The notes: generated from the letters alone by a model not told the origin. Counted from the first letter of the stretch, positions 36,171 through 49,469 are shown. The stretch is DNA of 64,000 nt from Sphyrna mokarran (GCA_024679065.1 JAGIQG010000020.1:33790001-33854000); one strand, 5' to 3'. Program-made: numbers and translations.

Positions 36171-37198
36171 GGGCCCGATTTTACTATTTTCATTCTATGT
36201 GCTGAATCTGGGCGTAATGCAGATCTGACTTAGAAATCCGCTATCAGGAGCCCCCAAACACACACAGCCATTTCCAGTCCCATTCGCTTTATGACTGGGG
36301 CTTAGCGCAGCTGAAATGATTACAGCTCTGAATTGCACACGTGCAGTTAGAAAATAATTTGAAAAAGCGCACCCGTGTCAGATCACTCCCAGGCCGCAGA
36401 AAGCAGCCCAAGAACAATGGCCCCCACAGACACTATCTCCCTTATCCACTCCCCCTACTACCCACACACACTGTCCCCTTTATCCATCCATCCTACTACC
36501 CAGACTAATTGCCATCCCTGTCCCCCTCCCACCAATCGCCTGTAGGGTAGTCACGGACCCCCCCAGTCCCCTCTCTGCGCTCCCACCAGAAATATATCTG
36601 CACCCCCCCCCCCCCCGAGATCCATCTGCCCCTCTCCACCAGAGATCCGCATGCCCCCACCACCAGAGTGTCCCTCCTCCTCCCAGAGAAACATCTGACC
36701 TGTCTCCTCCTCCCTCCCCACCAGACAACAATCAACCCTCCCTGCTACCCCCACCAGAGGTACATCTGACCTGCCTTCTCCTCTCTTCCCCCCATCAGAC
36801 AACAATCTAGCCTCACTCCCCCGCGAACCCCCACCCCTCTCAACCAGAAAATGATCAGGCCCATCTTCCTTCTCCCGTTCCCATTACTGATCTGAGTCAG
36901 AGAGCCGTTGGGAGCACTGAACACAGCTGGAGCGCCCAATTCAGATTTTTATTTAGCAGGTCCATTACAGTACTGTTCCGGATTGGCAAATGTGGTGGTT
37001 AAGGGGAAATGCTGATAAAAGTAGGTGGGCAGTTCTTTAATTCAATTTAAATAATGCAAATTTGGGTGCGAAGCGGATTGCCGCCGTTCTTGGTTTCGGT
37101 AAAGTGGCAACCTGCATGAACACAGGCGGGAATTGCATTAATGACCTCGCACCTGACTTTATCTTGTTTTTGCACCCATTAATGGTAAAATCGGGCCC
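36171..37198. mobile_element. 1028-bp non-autonomous DNA transposon (PIF/Harbinger-like) with internal C-rich tandem repeats
   Basis: TIRs gggcccgattttactatt / aatggtaaaatcgggccc (17/18 match). 3-bp flanks att and act. Confidence 0.82.
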
Positions 37199-37349
37199 AC
37201 TGTTTGATCAAAGCACAAAACAATACATCCATCCAGAAAAGTGCAATTAAATTGCAAGAATAGTCTTCATCCTCCACAGGATTGTTTCAATTGGTTCTTA
37301 AACTATTAGATAAAATACACATCTGCAGATTAATTGCTTTGTATAGTAA

Positions 37350-37620
37350 AGATTTTCAGCACATAAAGAAGCCTTTCAGCTCACTGTGCGCCAGCCATCA
37401 AGCACTCATTCATTCTAAACACATTTTCTAGCACTTGATCTATAGCTTCATATGCTACAATATTTCAAATGCTTATCTAAATGTTTTTAATATATATGAT
37501 TAGGGTTCTCACCTCTACCACCCTTTCAGGCAGTGAGTTCCAGATTCCCATCACCTCTTGGGTGAAAAGGTTTTTCCTCCAATTCTCTCTAAATTTCTTG
37601 GCCCTTAGATCTGTGCCTCC
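37350..37620 (-). mobile_element. CR1 3' end fragment
   Basis: ctctaccaccctttcaggcagtgagttccagattcccatcacctcttgggtgaaaagg is the reverse complement of the family at 44160-44230. Confidence 0.8.
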
Positions 37621-37780
37621 TATTTACCCAGGTCCAATAGCAATGTACAATTGCCAAAGTGTACAGAAGTTAAATTGGTCACCGTTTGCAAAGGTGTTTT
37701 CAGGCAAATTACATCTGACACCAATGAGACAGACAGGATTACCTTTATTATCCTACAGTTTTTGCGGTTTGATGACTTAC

Positions 37781-37888
37781 CCTCGAAGAAGTTTGAAGAG
37801 CATGCACCCTAGGGAGAACCAATCTGCACTGCTGTCATATGCTGTTCCTTTTTGTAACACTTCTGGAGCCATGTACCCGTGGGTGCCA
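37781..37888 (-). CDS. GRK3: GRK3 exon 13 (108 nt): [35 protein letters not shown](G)
   Basis: atgtag|T acceptor and GG|gtaagt donor. Contains the APE motif. KGTAYD is GRK3-type. Confidence 0.96.
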
Positions 37889-38009
37889 CTACATTAATAG
37901 AGAAAAAATAAACTTCAGCATAAAAAAAAACCTTCTGGTTACATATGACAATCTATCACATTTTGATAGAAACAACAAAAAACAGTTTGGGGAAAACAAC
38001 TTTTTGAAA

Positions 38010-38382
38010 TCATTGATGGTACGTGGGCATTACTGCTTATTCTTAATAGCCCTTAAGAAGGTGGTGATGAGTCATCTTCTTGACAACTAAGTGGTTTGCT
38101 GGGCCATTTCAGAGGGCAATTAAGAACTAATCGCATTGCTCTGGGTCTGGAGCCACATATAGGCCAGAGAAGGAAAGCAGATTTCCATTCTTAAAAGAGA
38201 TTAATGAAATAGATGGGTTTTTACAACAATTCAATAATTAAATAGTCACCACCATTTATACTGACTTTTTATTTCAGTATTACTAAATTATCTTACTTTA
38301 AGTTTCCCAACTTCGCTGCTGGGGTTTTAACTTATGCCTCTGAGTTATTAGTCCAGTAATCTAACTATAATTGACCACTCCC
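38010..38382 (-). mobile_element. tRNA-headed SINE
   Basis: Similar to the copies at 12209 and 19040. Confidence 0.72.
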
Positions 38383-38552
38383 AGGGAACATCTCTGCTGA
38401 CAACTAGAAGAGGAAAGATATCACACAGTAAAGTATTATGAATCATGCTGAGCAAGTAAACTCCAAACTTCATCCCTCTTCAAGGATAAGTTAACGGATG
38501 GTAGTTGATGGTAATCCTGCTGCTGTTGGCTTTGACACCTTTGGACTAAAGT

Positions 38553-38571
38553 GGGGGGGGGGGGGGGGGGG
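38553..38571. repeat. Poly-G run (about 19 nt)
   Basis: Direct reading. Confidence 0.9.
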
Positions 38572-39257
38572 AAGAGAAAAATCTGCTAATGTTTTGTTTT
38601 TGATTGTCATCTTATAACCCTTCCAGGAGCACATAGGGATTTTCACAGTAATTTCATTGCAGTGTTAACGTAAGCGAACTTGTGACTAATAAATAAGCAT
38701 TATTTGTGGGTATCGGATGAGGAGTATTTGTTTGCTATTACAAACTTGGAACAGTACTGTGGAATTGCTGGAGCCCTTACAACTGTTAGTCAGCAAGAAT
38801 CAGCATCTTCAGGAGTGAAGGGAAAAAAGGGAAAAAAAAACTGAAGATAAAACAAAAACAAGAAAAATAATGACTATTGCTCTAATTTGATATTTGTATA
38901 AATAGTTCAGTTGCAAAAGACTTGTGTGAAGAAGTTGCAAACATACAAACTAAGAGGTATCAGATTTTTACAATGAAATTTTAAATCTATTTTACTCATA
39001 TAAATTAAAATATACAACCAAAATTGTTGCTGCAATCCTCAATGCATCAGCTTTTGGGAGATTTCCCCCTCATTCTATCCTGAAGCTCTTGCCAGGTCAC
39101 AGCTTTCTAGCAGCTGTGAGGCAGAAGTAGTGAACTTTAAAAGAGAAACAGTGTTCATGTGAAGAGAGAGAGAAACAAAAAGGGAACACTTGTCAGCCAG
39201 TATAAGACTGAGTTCGTTCATGGAAGCATGGTCACTAATAGGTGAGCAAGTACGTAC

Positions 39258-39352
39258 ACGCTGGCATGGGGCTTCTTTTTTGAGAAATCACAGGCAAGCC
39301 CAAGGTCTGATATCCTTACGTGACCATGTTCATCCAGGAGAATATTTGCTGG
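39258..39352 (-). CDS. GRK3: GRK3 exon 12 (95 nt): [31 protein letters not shown](V)
   Basis: Hand translation, not in the ORF track. ttcag|CCA acceptor and GT|gtacgt donor. Contains the GRK-type DLG motif. Confidence 0.96.
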
Positions 39353-40734
39353 CTGAAAAACACAAAGTAACAGAGTGCACTGGTCTGAAACACCTTAATT
39401 TCACAGCAGAACTTGCTTGAATACAATAAGAAAATCTAAATCAAGCAGATTTATCCTTTCTTCTCATTACATGTATTTTCTTCTTTTGTCATTAGGTCCC
39501 AGTTCACAATGCAATGCTCAAGCGAAGAGACTGTCCAGTAAATGCAGTCATCAATACGTGCACAACAGTGAGGCATCACTAAGGGGAGGGCATAGGAATG
39601 ATGCTCCTCAGACAATCAGCACAGACTTGATAGGCTGAATAGTTCTTACTGCGTGCAGGGATTCTAGAATTCATTCTCCTTTACAGTCAACATTTCCCCA
39701 ATACTGCATAGTTGCGAAATCATACAGCAATCTGGAATGTATTGTCCAGTGCAATAAACAGACTGTGGACCACAATGTTGCTTCTAAGTTGCATATAACT
39801 TTCATCGTGCTACAATCTTGAAATTAAGATTATGGTGTAATAAATTAGCTGTACACATAAGAAAAGAATTAGAGGATACATTGGTTCTGGTCTGTCCTGA
39901 CAGCAGTTTACAAAGTGGAGAATTATGGGGAGTGAAATAACACTCCAAAGGGCCACTTGGACTTGCATTTGTCTGGCATGTCTTAACATTTTATTTGTCT
40001 TAACATGCCTTAACATTTTATAACCACAGCTTCAGATGTGGTGCATCACAGCATATTTGTCTCCCTGATTATGTGGAATGAATGTAGTCAATGGCATGGA
40101 TTTTCTACACAAATGATTTGGCAAATGAAGCGTGCAGAGAAGTTTTCTGCCAAAACTACGCCCCAAAAATAGTAATTGGAAAATCCCTCCGTTAAGTTCA
40201 CTGTGACTGTAGTGTCTGCATGTAGATAAAGGAGAGAGTGGCATGATCCAATGTTTCTTGGGACTTCTTTACATTTCCGCCTACTTAATTCCCCAGCAAA
40301 TCACAGTCGCCATAAAGATGACAGCACTATTTTGCTCCAAAAAGAGTATAAAGATGACAGTGCTAATCCTATATAACGTCCAACAGTTAGAAAGACTGGG
40401 AATATGAAACATCAGATAGAATGCAATTTTGAAACACTACTTGACCAGGAGTTATTTCCAATATTTAGAAATTGCAGCGTATGGTATTTTGCTTTCTGAA
40501 ACCAACTACCAATTTAAAGGAAATTGTGTATAGTAAGAAGATGAATTTTCCTGCATTATTCATTATTCTTCTCCTCTGATGAGGAGCATGACTACAACAT
40601 GGAGGAGGACAGGATGGTCTTAACTTCATGTCTTAGCTCCTTCATGTGACAGATATGATTGTGGTTGTCCAATATTAATACTATCTGCAATACATAAGAC
40701 AATACTGCACTGCATGTAGGTAAAGGTACAGAAC

Positions 40735-41068
40735 TATTTAGACCTTTTGACAATTTCAGAAAGTCCTAAACATGCTTCACAAACCAGTTTATGAATACAG
40801 CAGTATTCTAGAAACAGCAATGTAATAATGACCAGATATTTTGTTCTGATAAAGTTAGTTGAGGTTCAGAATTCTACTGTTCTTCTTTGAATTAGTATCA
40901 TGGGATTTGAGAGAACAAATTTCATCTGAAAGGTGGCACCTCCAAAAGTGCAGTACTCCCTCAACATCATGTCGGAATATCAGTCTAGAATTTGTACTTA
41001 AGTATTTGGACTGGGACTTGAATTTGCAACCACCTGATTCAGAATCCAGAACCACTGACCATATTTGA
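40735..41068 (-). mobile_element. SacSINE/DeuSINE-like SINE
   Basis: catctgaaaggtggcacctccaaaagtgcagtactccctca...gggacttgaatttgcaaccacctgattcaga. Confidence 0.78.
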
Positions 41069-41132
41069 GATCTTTTAAAAACTCAGGCTGGGATTTTCCC
41101 CAATAGTGGCAAAGCATGATCCTGTGCAGGAA

Positions 41133-41300
41133 AAGATGTGCTATAGGTGCACTGGCCATGCTAAATTGCCTCTTAAGAGTCAGGGGGACTAGTAGGGTAA
41201 ATTGTGGTGTTGCAGGAATAGGGCCTAAGTGGGATTGTTGTTGCTGCAGGTTTGATTGGCCAAATGGCCTTCTTCTGCACTGTAGGGATTTTATGTTTCT
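41133..41300 (+). mobile_element. 3' half of HE1/V-SINE-like element
   Basis: ggccatgctaaattgcctctta...ggccaaatggccttcttctgcactgtagggattttatg. Confidence 0.8.
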
Positions 41301-41398
41301 AAAAGCAGTGTTGCAGCTGCCAATGGCAATAGTGGGTTTCTCCACCATATAATGCAGCACTTTGGACAAAAAAACTTGCATGATAGGTTCCAAGATGC

Positions 41399-41690
41399 AT
41401 GGTGACACAGTGGTTAGCACTGCTGCCTCACAGTGCCAGAGACCTGGGTTTGATTCCCGGTTTGGGTCACTATCTGTGTGTGGAATCTGTATGTTCTCCC
41501 CATGGGTTTCCTCCAGGTGCTCTGCTTTCATCATACATACCGAAAGATGTACTGGTCAGGTGCAGAGACTATGCTCCCTCAGTGTACCCAAACAGGTGTC
41601 GGAGTGTGGCGACTAGGAGGTTTTCACAGTAACTTCATTGCAGTGTTAATGTAAGCCCACTTGTGACAATAGTAAACAAACTTTAAACAA
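41399..41690 (+). mobile_element. V-SINE-like element with an alternative 3' tail
   Basis: Head cacagtggttagcactgctgcctcacag and core as in other copies, but tail ttttcacagtaacttcattgcagtgttaatgtaagcc. The same tail occurs alone at about 38630-38700. Confidence 0.82.
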
Positions 41691-43954
41691 CATATTGTTG
41701 GCAGTATGTCCTCTGATCTGCCTACCCTGCCAGCAAATCAGAAGTGCATGGATCAGGATACCATTTTTAAAGGCTGCAGCAGCACATAGCAAGCAAGAAC
41801 CCCCCCCCCCGGCACCCCACGTCACTGCCCGAGCTGTACCAAGGGGATATTTGGGCATACCCTCCCCATCCTGAGCACTGAACTCATGTAAGCTCCCCTG
41901 GGAGGTCTGCTCACCAGATGCACATCTTCAGAGACCAAACATAATTCACGCTGTTCTGTTGTCACACCACAGTAGATGAGAGGGATATTCTGATAAAGGT
42001 GTTGGGGCGTGATGTTCTATTAATTCATTATAATGATGCTCCTGACGTTAGCTCCCTCATCAATGACTGGAAAGTGGATATTTGTGTCATGCATTTATGC
42101 TGATTAAAACTTGACTTTACAGTTCTCGCAATATTTTCTGCCCGATGGAAACGAGAGTGAAAGTCCTGACGTCAGTCTGAGAGATCCTGGTCCTTTTGAT
42201 CGTCAGCCAAGAGCAATTATTTTAGCCTCATTGGTGAGATATGGCTAGTTTAGCACCAAGTTATGTATATTCACTCAAGTTTTATGAATCATCTTGTATG
42301 TCCTTCTCCCAGGTGGGTGTAACTGTGTTAGTAGTTGAATAAGAAGGATGTAACGCTGGAGTGAATCAGATGGAGAAATGGAGGTGCTTAGTGTTACTTT
42401 CTGTTAAATGCAAGTGACAGATAGGAAATTCATTTCAGGAGGGTGCACTCTGAGTGGTGAATCAGAATGTGTGATTAATCAGTAATAGAAAGCCTTTAAA
42501 GTAATCAGAAAGTCTGAAGATAGAAAAGGCTCATAAATCCTATAAGATTCCATCCCATTAACAATCTGAACCTGACAGCTTTTCTCTAACTTTCCCATCA
42601 TTATCACCCACAAGCTTCTTGATATGTCTGCTCAAAAGTTACAGTTTTTCCTTCTGTGCCTACTCACAGGCTTGATGCTAGCTGTTCCTCCACCTAAGGT
42701 AGTTTTTGCCTCTGGTTATGTGTATATTTCTACTTTGAAAAAAAAACATATAATATTTAATATAATATAAAATATTTCACTTGATGGACTAATTAAAAAT
42801 GCCTTTTCATCTAGTTTACATGCTATCAGTTGTTGGCAATGCAGCTGCCTCTTCCCTTGTCACTGAAGCATTGCCAGAAATGTAATATGAAATAATGGAA
42901 CGGTAAGAACCCCTGAGAAGAATGGTGAAAGAATCTTGTGTTTATGAATGATCTCAATTCATTGTTTTTTCACTCAATGATCTTGATCTCAGTTGTATCA
43001 TTAAGTTATGCTGTTCATGAGCAGATTTTTTTTAGTTGCTCATGGGATGTGTGTGTTATAGGCAATGACAACATTAATTGCCAATTTCTAATTGCCCTCA
43101 AGAAAGTGATGGTGAATTTCTTTCTTGAACCTTTGCAATCTGGGTGGTCAAGATCCCCATAATGCTGTCAAATATTGAGTTCTAGGATCATGGCTCAATA
43201 TCAGTGAAGGATCAGCAAGTATCCAATTAAGTTAATTTTCAGAAAGTGGCATGAGTTCTGATGTAATTATGTTCTAAAGACACAATGAGCAGCTTAAGCC
43301 CCAGGAACTTTGTGCAAAAGTGCTGCAGCCTATGTTATGATTACAGTCTTAATTAAAGTACTTGTTAAAAAAAAATCAAAGAGACGTGAACATTCCTGAT
43401 TAAATCAGCATTTATTGTCTGTCCCTAATTGTCCTTCTGGGTTGTGGTGGTGGGACCAGCAAGGAGAGACTGCAGAGATTCTTTCTTTGGTTCCTTTCAT
43501 CTCCCACACTCATCTGCACTTATCATGTGCAATCAATTAAAGGCCAGCTATGGGGTACCATCGCAGTGCAAATTTTTCAGAAGATGAACAGCAAGCTCTC
43601 CTGGAAGATCTGGAACTCTGCTCTCACTGAGGATTATACAGTGCAAGAACTCTAATGGCTCACCAGGGAAGTTATGAACCAAAGCTTCAGTCTCTTTCTT
43701 CCTCATTCAGCTTGAGCACCATCTCACTCCAGATCCTCTTAAAGTAGCATTCATACTTAGTGAGCTTTCACCTCCAGAATGCTGAGCACCAACCACTCCT
43801 TATCTCACATTATGGCCATACCCCTTACACAAACACAAGATACCTTCTGCCAATCAAACATATTCAGTACCCACTTCTCTCTCACTTCCCTTCACTATGA
43901 CTCTTTCCACACACTCCCTGTCATTTAATTTTATCAGAAAAACACGTGTATAAA

Positions 43955-44352
43955 ATGCCCAAGAGATTGACTAGCAACAGAGGATTCTAACTATGATTGT
44001 TCTCTTTAGACCAGAGAAAGCTGAGGGGATTTGACTGCGTGTCCAAAATTATTAAGAATATAGATAGGGTGGATAACAATAACTTTTTCTCCTGAATAGA
44101 GTCAATAACCAAGGGATATATATCTAAGTAAGGATCAGGAGATTTACAGTAGATTTAAGGAAAACCTTTTCACTCAGATGGTGGTAAGAATTTGGAACGA
44201 ACTAACTATCTGAAAGGGTGGTGGAGGCAGAAAACCTCTCAACATTTAAGAAGCATTTAGATAAGCGCTTGAAACATCATAATACGCAAGGCTATGGACC
44301 AAGTGCTGGAAAGTGGGATTAGATAGGTGTTTAATGGCCAGCACAGATATGA
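43955..44352 (+). mobile_element. CR1 LINE 3' fragment
   Basis: agaaagctgaggggatttga...catttaagaagcatttagataag...ggctatggaccaagtgctggaaagtgggattag. Confidence 0.8.
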
Positions 44353-45839
44353 TAGTTTTACAGCACAAAAAGAGATCCTTTGGCCTGAGTCAAACTTCTG
44401 ACACACAAAAAAGTAGACATTCTCATTGCTACAACTGATGCCACTATTGGTGGAATTTTGCTAGTGCCTGATAATTATCACCCTGCTAACTCACAGCATA
44501 ACCAAATGCATCCTCTAAATCTTCAACTTGCTTTCCATCTCTATTTTAGCCCAAAGGAGTCTTGTTCATTTCTTCTTACCCACTATCACTTTCCTGCAGC
44601 TGCATCACAATCATAGAATCTTCAAATTAAAATGAGGAAGAGAGAGTGAACCACTGTTAACAACTGAGCAGGAAGCAAATGTTCAAGAAAACAACAGGCC
44701 AAGCTAAAAGTCAGTGTAGTGATTCTATCTTTAAACTCTTCCCAAAAATCCAGTTCGTCACCCATTAGAAGTTTCTTCCTCTGAGGGAATGCAAATGATG
44801 AGTAGTCGAAAGTAGAATCATCTGAAAGGAAATGGGGATCTGAAAAAAGTTCAGGCTGTGTTCTCCCCCATGAAGCTGTGAAACTCAGAACTTTCATTCT
44901 AAACAGAAACATTCATTTCTAAAAAAGTGTTTGAAGGACATCACAGAATATTTCAATGAATTATATACACCAGCATGCCAAGGACAATTTCAGGGTATGC
45001 AGCAATTGGTAGATGTGACTGTTCAGTTAACATGTTTTATTCACATTGACGTCTAGGAAGTCTTGTTTTGCTTGCAGTTATCAATACAAATGGTAAGTGT
45101 ATTGATATTAGCAGATTCCAGATGAGGGCTAGCTGGAATGCATTGGAACCACCACCTCCATGGAAATATAGACTGCATTTTTGTAAGGGAAAATAGTACA
45201 GTATGGCATAATCTTAGTTACCATATCAATACTAAAAGTACATTCAAAGATTTAATTGCTGCCATGAAACCAGTCATTGCACTAGTCACTGAGGCTGAAA
45301 ATCCAGAATTCAGTAGAATGTCTGTGGCTGAACCCCCATGTGTTAAATATCGTTCTTTTTCTGCACATACCATAACACCAGCAGTTGCCCTCAGAAAAAT
45401 GGCTACAGATGAGACCAGGCACTTGCTTCAAGGATGCAACCAGCTCACTGACAGAAGCTAGCTGCCATGAGTTTAGGGTCACATCAGTCCATAGTCCTTT
45501 TGTGTCCATTTGAAGCTACCTATTTCCTGCCAGCCTCATCCAGAGGCTTAGAGATAGCAACAGATGAGGGTATAGGATAGGATATAAATCACCAAGGGGA
45601 AATTGTAAAAAAGGAGTTTGACATTTGTTTTCACTATAGTAAGGTTTTGAACTGATCTATTGTTTTTCTCAGATATATTAATAATGACAAAGGAAATACT
45701 CAACACTTTTATTTGGAACTGTCTTTAACTTAAGGTAAAATGAACAGAGTCAGGTGACCTATTTTGAGGTCTACCTGACAAAAATTTGAGCGGTTTGAAT
45801 GCTGGAGATTAAAGGGGATCCAGATTGTTTTACTGGTAT

Positions 45840-45841
<2 letters not shown>

Positions 45842-45903
<62 letters not shown>
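45842..45903. repeat. (GT)n microsatellite, about 31 units
   Basis: Direct reading. Explains the THTHTH ORF. Confidence 0.97.
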
Positions 45904-45905
<2 letters not shown>

Positions 45906-47099
45906 TGTGTTTTTTTTGCCGGGGGGCAGTGGTGCGACCGACAGGGTGAGCTGGTAAGATCACGAGAGCCAAGAAATTAGGTTTACACTCGATTTCTCAT
46001 TCTCACAATCTTACAAGCACTGGATACCTGACACAACCAGTCTCAGAATTAACTATTTAACTAACATTCAAATGCTCTTTTACATTGATTTAATGAGCCT
46101 GGGATGGAATCATCTGGTTAGCAATGGGGTTACTATGTATTCTGCATTTGGATTGGTATAGGAAGGGAAAGGGAACCCACTGCCAGTCTGCATCAGGGAG
46201 GGGCGGCAGTAGGTGGTGGTGGTAGGGTGTCAGACAGCCAATCGTGATTGGATGGGGGAGAGAAATCCATCTGGGTGGGTGGGGGTGGTCACAATAGGTC
46301 ACTGGCCCCTGTGAGTGTGTTATGTTTAAGCCATGGAGGGAAGCTGAGAGCAGCAGAGGCTGAATAACAGTCTCTACTGCTGGAGGTCCACACATGCACA
46401 ATGGCACTCTCTGCTGCCTCAGTCAGCATTCAGGTGACTTAAGCCCCAGCCTCTTCCCTCCACAGGTGAGAGACCATTTCTGCCGTTTTCTCATGCTCCG
46501 AGTGCATAAGATTTGAACTCGCCAAAAAAACAGATCTGAAACTCCCATTTTCACGCCCATCCTGGACTTTGAATTATTTTGGCAAGACTGTCCTCAGGAA
46601 CTGGAAAAGAAAGAGCAACCAGTGGCCAAAAGTCTCTGAATCATGCAGGAATGTAGGTGGAAGGACAGGCTCAGATTGAAAAGGCTAAATTTGTGATGAC
46701 TTAGAATTTGACTGGAAGATTTGCCACAGTCGAGAAAGGAAGTCCAGGAAAATATTCATCATGAAGGATAGCTCTAGGGTTAAAAGTTACCAGACTGAAC
46801 GAGAAAAAAAACAGAAGCAAACCTCCAAGAGTGAAAAATCATCTTGGATTGGTTCCTGGAGAATAAAATGCTTGCACAAAGGACAGTGTAACATGTGTTT
46901 TTCCAGTTGTTTCAAATGTAAAAGAGAGAAGTTCTGTTTCATAAAATGTAGGCTGTCTAAAAGAAGTATTGAATGCAGTGGACCTCTAGAAGTTTTAAAA
47001 TGTAGAATCTTGCATCATGTCATTTTTTTTAGCTATTAACTAGAAGTTTAAATTTCTTTTTTGTTTAAAAGTTAACAGTCTCTACAAGGGTTGTAACAA

Positions 47100-47385
47100 C
47101 ATTAAAAGAATAAGGAAAAAGCCATTTTGGACTGAGATGCGGAAAAATGTTTTCAGTCAACGGACTGTTTCTTTGACATTCTCTAGACCAGAGGGCTGTG
47201 GATACTCAACTGTTAAATATATTCAGGAAAGAGACTTAGGTTATTGGAAACAAAGAAAAATTAAGGATATGCAGATAATATATTAAGACGGAATTGAGGT
47301 AAAAGATCAGCCACGATCACTTTGAATGATGGACAAGACTTGAATGTCTGGATGGCCTACTCCTGCTTCTATTTCTTATGTCCTT
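47100..47385 (+). mobile_element. CR1 LINE 3' fragment
   Basis: ggactgagatgcggaaaaatg...gatcagccacgatc...ggcctactcctgcttctatttcttatg. Confidence 0.8.
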
Positions 47386-48141
47386 TGACTCCATGGGATC
47401 TGAGCAGGCAGTGAAATCTATTTTTCAACTCCAACTATTATTTCTATTGCAACTGTTGTTAAGACTGGTTTTAAGTATCTTCTGCCTCACATTCTTGATT
47501 ACTTCAATGGAGTCATGAACCACAGATGTGGCAGATATACATTGTCCACGAGGAACCATCTTTGTCTTCATGGAAGAGATTAGAAAGTGCTGATTGGTGT
47601 AAAAATGAAGACATGGTGGCTTTTATCTGCATAGTTGGGAGTCACAGGTTTCTGTGGTTGGCATTGTGGGTAATCTGAACATTTAGTGAATGGAACAGTT
47701 TCATGTTTAACAGATTTTAGCAGCTGTTCAGCTGGCATCTTAAAGGCCACATGTGTGCCAACTATAGCAGCCTGCAACAAGGGCAATCCAACAATGTGGT
47801 AGGACTTCTTGGCTTCTTTTCCCTATCGTCTGGGTTTGATACTAACAGCACAAACACTGCAGCTCAGCTGATCTGAGTCACTGCTCTTAGGCTGAAGTTG
47901 CACAGACTCTCTACGATATTACGAAAGTACCGAGTGCCATCAAATAAAACCTAAGTCACTTACGTTGTAGCAGGCATAGCTATTCAAACAATGCAACAAA
48001 GTTTCTATTTTCTATGTAGGTTTCTATACAAAAGTTGGTAACTGCAAAGCGTCAGAAATATGGAACTCTTTTTATTGTAATAGTTAATTCCAACTTTAAT
48101 AGCAATAATCATAAGCAGAAAAATTAAGAAGACGATCTTTG

Positions 48142-48472
48142 AGGTGATATGGCAGCACAGCAGTTTGTACTGCTGCCTCACAGCTCCAGGGACCCGGATT
48201 CAATTCCGGCCTTGGATGACTGTTCGAGTGAAAACTCGACATTCTCCCCATGTCTGTGCTCCGGTTTCCTTTCAGTCCAAAGATGTGCAGGTTAGGTTGA
48301 TTAACCAGGCTAAATTGCCCCTTAGTGTCCCAGGATACGTAGGTCCGAGAGATTAACAGAGTAAATATGTGAGGATACGGGAATAGGGCCTGGATGGGAT
48401 TGTTGTTGGTGCAGACTTGATGGGCCAAATGGCCACCTTTTGCTCTGTAGGGGTTCTATGATTCTTCTATGA
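48142..48472 (+). mobile_element. HE1/V-SINE-like SINE (relatively intact)
   Basis: ctgctgcctcacagctccagggacccggattcaattcc head, core, and ttctatgattcttctatga tail. Confidence 0.88.
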
Positions 48473-48768
48473 TAACTCTTTTCAAGAATTCACTTGCTTA
48501 TTTTCGAAAGCAGCCTTAATGTTAATGTCCTTTCCATTCTCTTCATACTCCAAGAACAAAACTAAATAAAATGAATTGGTCATTTAACAAGCACTGGGAT
48601 GTCTGACACCTTGATTTTCATTACCATATGGTTCTGTTAGGGTGGCACTATGTCAGATTACTTACTTTCACTAAGCTGCAGAAATCTGTGACAAATGAAG
48701 GTAGAAAGCTTTATTGCTCTGTCAGTTCCCTGTGGAGAAAACATGTTTTCAAACCACCCCATTCCAAT

Positions 48769-49403
48769 TAGAGATGTCAACCCTTCAGGAGTCCACAGGA
48801 CTTAATGTCTAATCTCCAGGACACTATTTCAAACAGCCCAGGAGAGAAATCATAGGGATAATAAAGATTGTGTTTTTATGTATTGGTTGTAAAAATAACA
48901 GACATGGAAATCGGGTTGTTTGACTAATAGTCAAAAATCTTCCCAGAGTCTATTGGTTTCTCAATTAGTCGAGGAATGCAGTATGCTGCATGTATGACCG
49001 TGATGAGTGACCAATGGCAGGTGAAAGATGGTTGGGGCGGTACGGAGGCACAGTGGTTAGGATTGCTGCCTCATCGCTCCAGGAAGCAGGTTCAATTCTG
49101 GCCTTAGGTCACTGTCTGTGTGGAGCTTGCACATTCTCCCCGTGTCTGTGTGGATTTCTCCAGGTGTTCTGGTTTCCTCACACAATCCAAAGGTGTGTGT
49201 GTTAGGCCAGCTAAATTGACCCTAGTGTTGAGGGATTAGCAGGGTAAATATATGGAGTTTTGGGAATAGGGCCTGGGTGGGATCATGGCCAGTGCAGATT
49301 CGATGGACCTTCTTCTGCACTGTAAAGATTCCATGAATGGTTGGAAAGAGCAATGCTTGTGATGATATGGTCCAGAAATACGTCAACCAGAGCTGCCAAC
49401 TCT
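48769..49403. mobile_element. Possible hAT-like MITE containing a SINE
   Basis: Imperfect terminal inverted repeats tagagatgtcaac / gctgccaactcta. Confidence 0.4.
49034..49336 (+). mobile_element. HE1/V-SINE-like SINE
   Basis: ggcacagtggttaggattgctgcctca head and core as in other copies. Confidence 0.85.
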
Positions 49404-49469
49404 ATTTCCAAAAGGAAGCTCTCCCTTCATTGAACATGTCGCAGAATGTTCCGCTCAGTTGATTTTAAT

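Noticed and set aside
36480-36939. Gly-rich ORFs in several frames
   Set aside because: A by-product of G/C-skewed repeats inside the MITE.
37481-37897. 138-aa plus-strand ORF
   Set aside because: A chimera of an inverted CR1 fragment and the antisense of exon 13.
40998-41632. 178-aa and overlapping ORFs
   Set aside because: They read through adjacent SINE copies.
45730-45972. Thr-His repeat ORF
   Set aside because: Translation of the (GT)n microsatellite.
48142-48225. tRNA gene (also at other SINE heads)
   Set aside because: A/B-box-like sequence continues into SINE core and tail, and no intact cloverleaf is evident.
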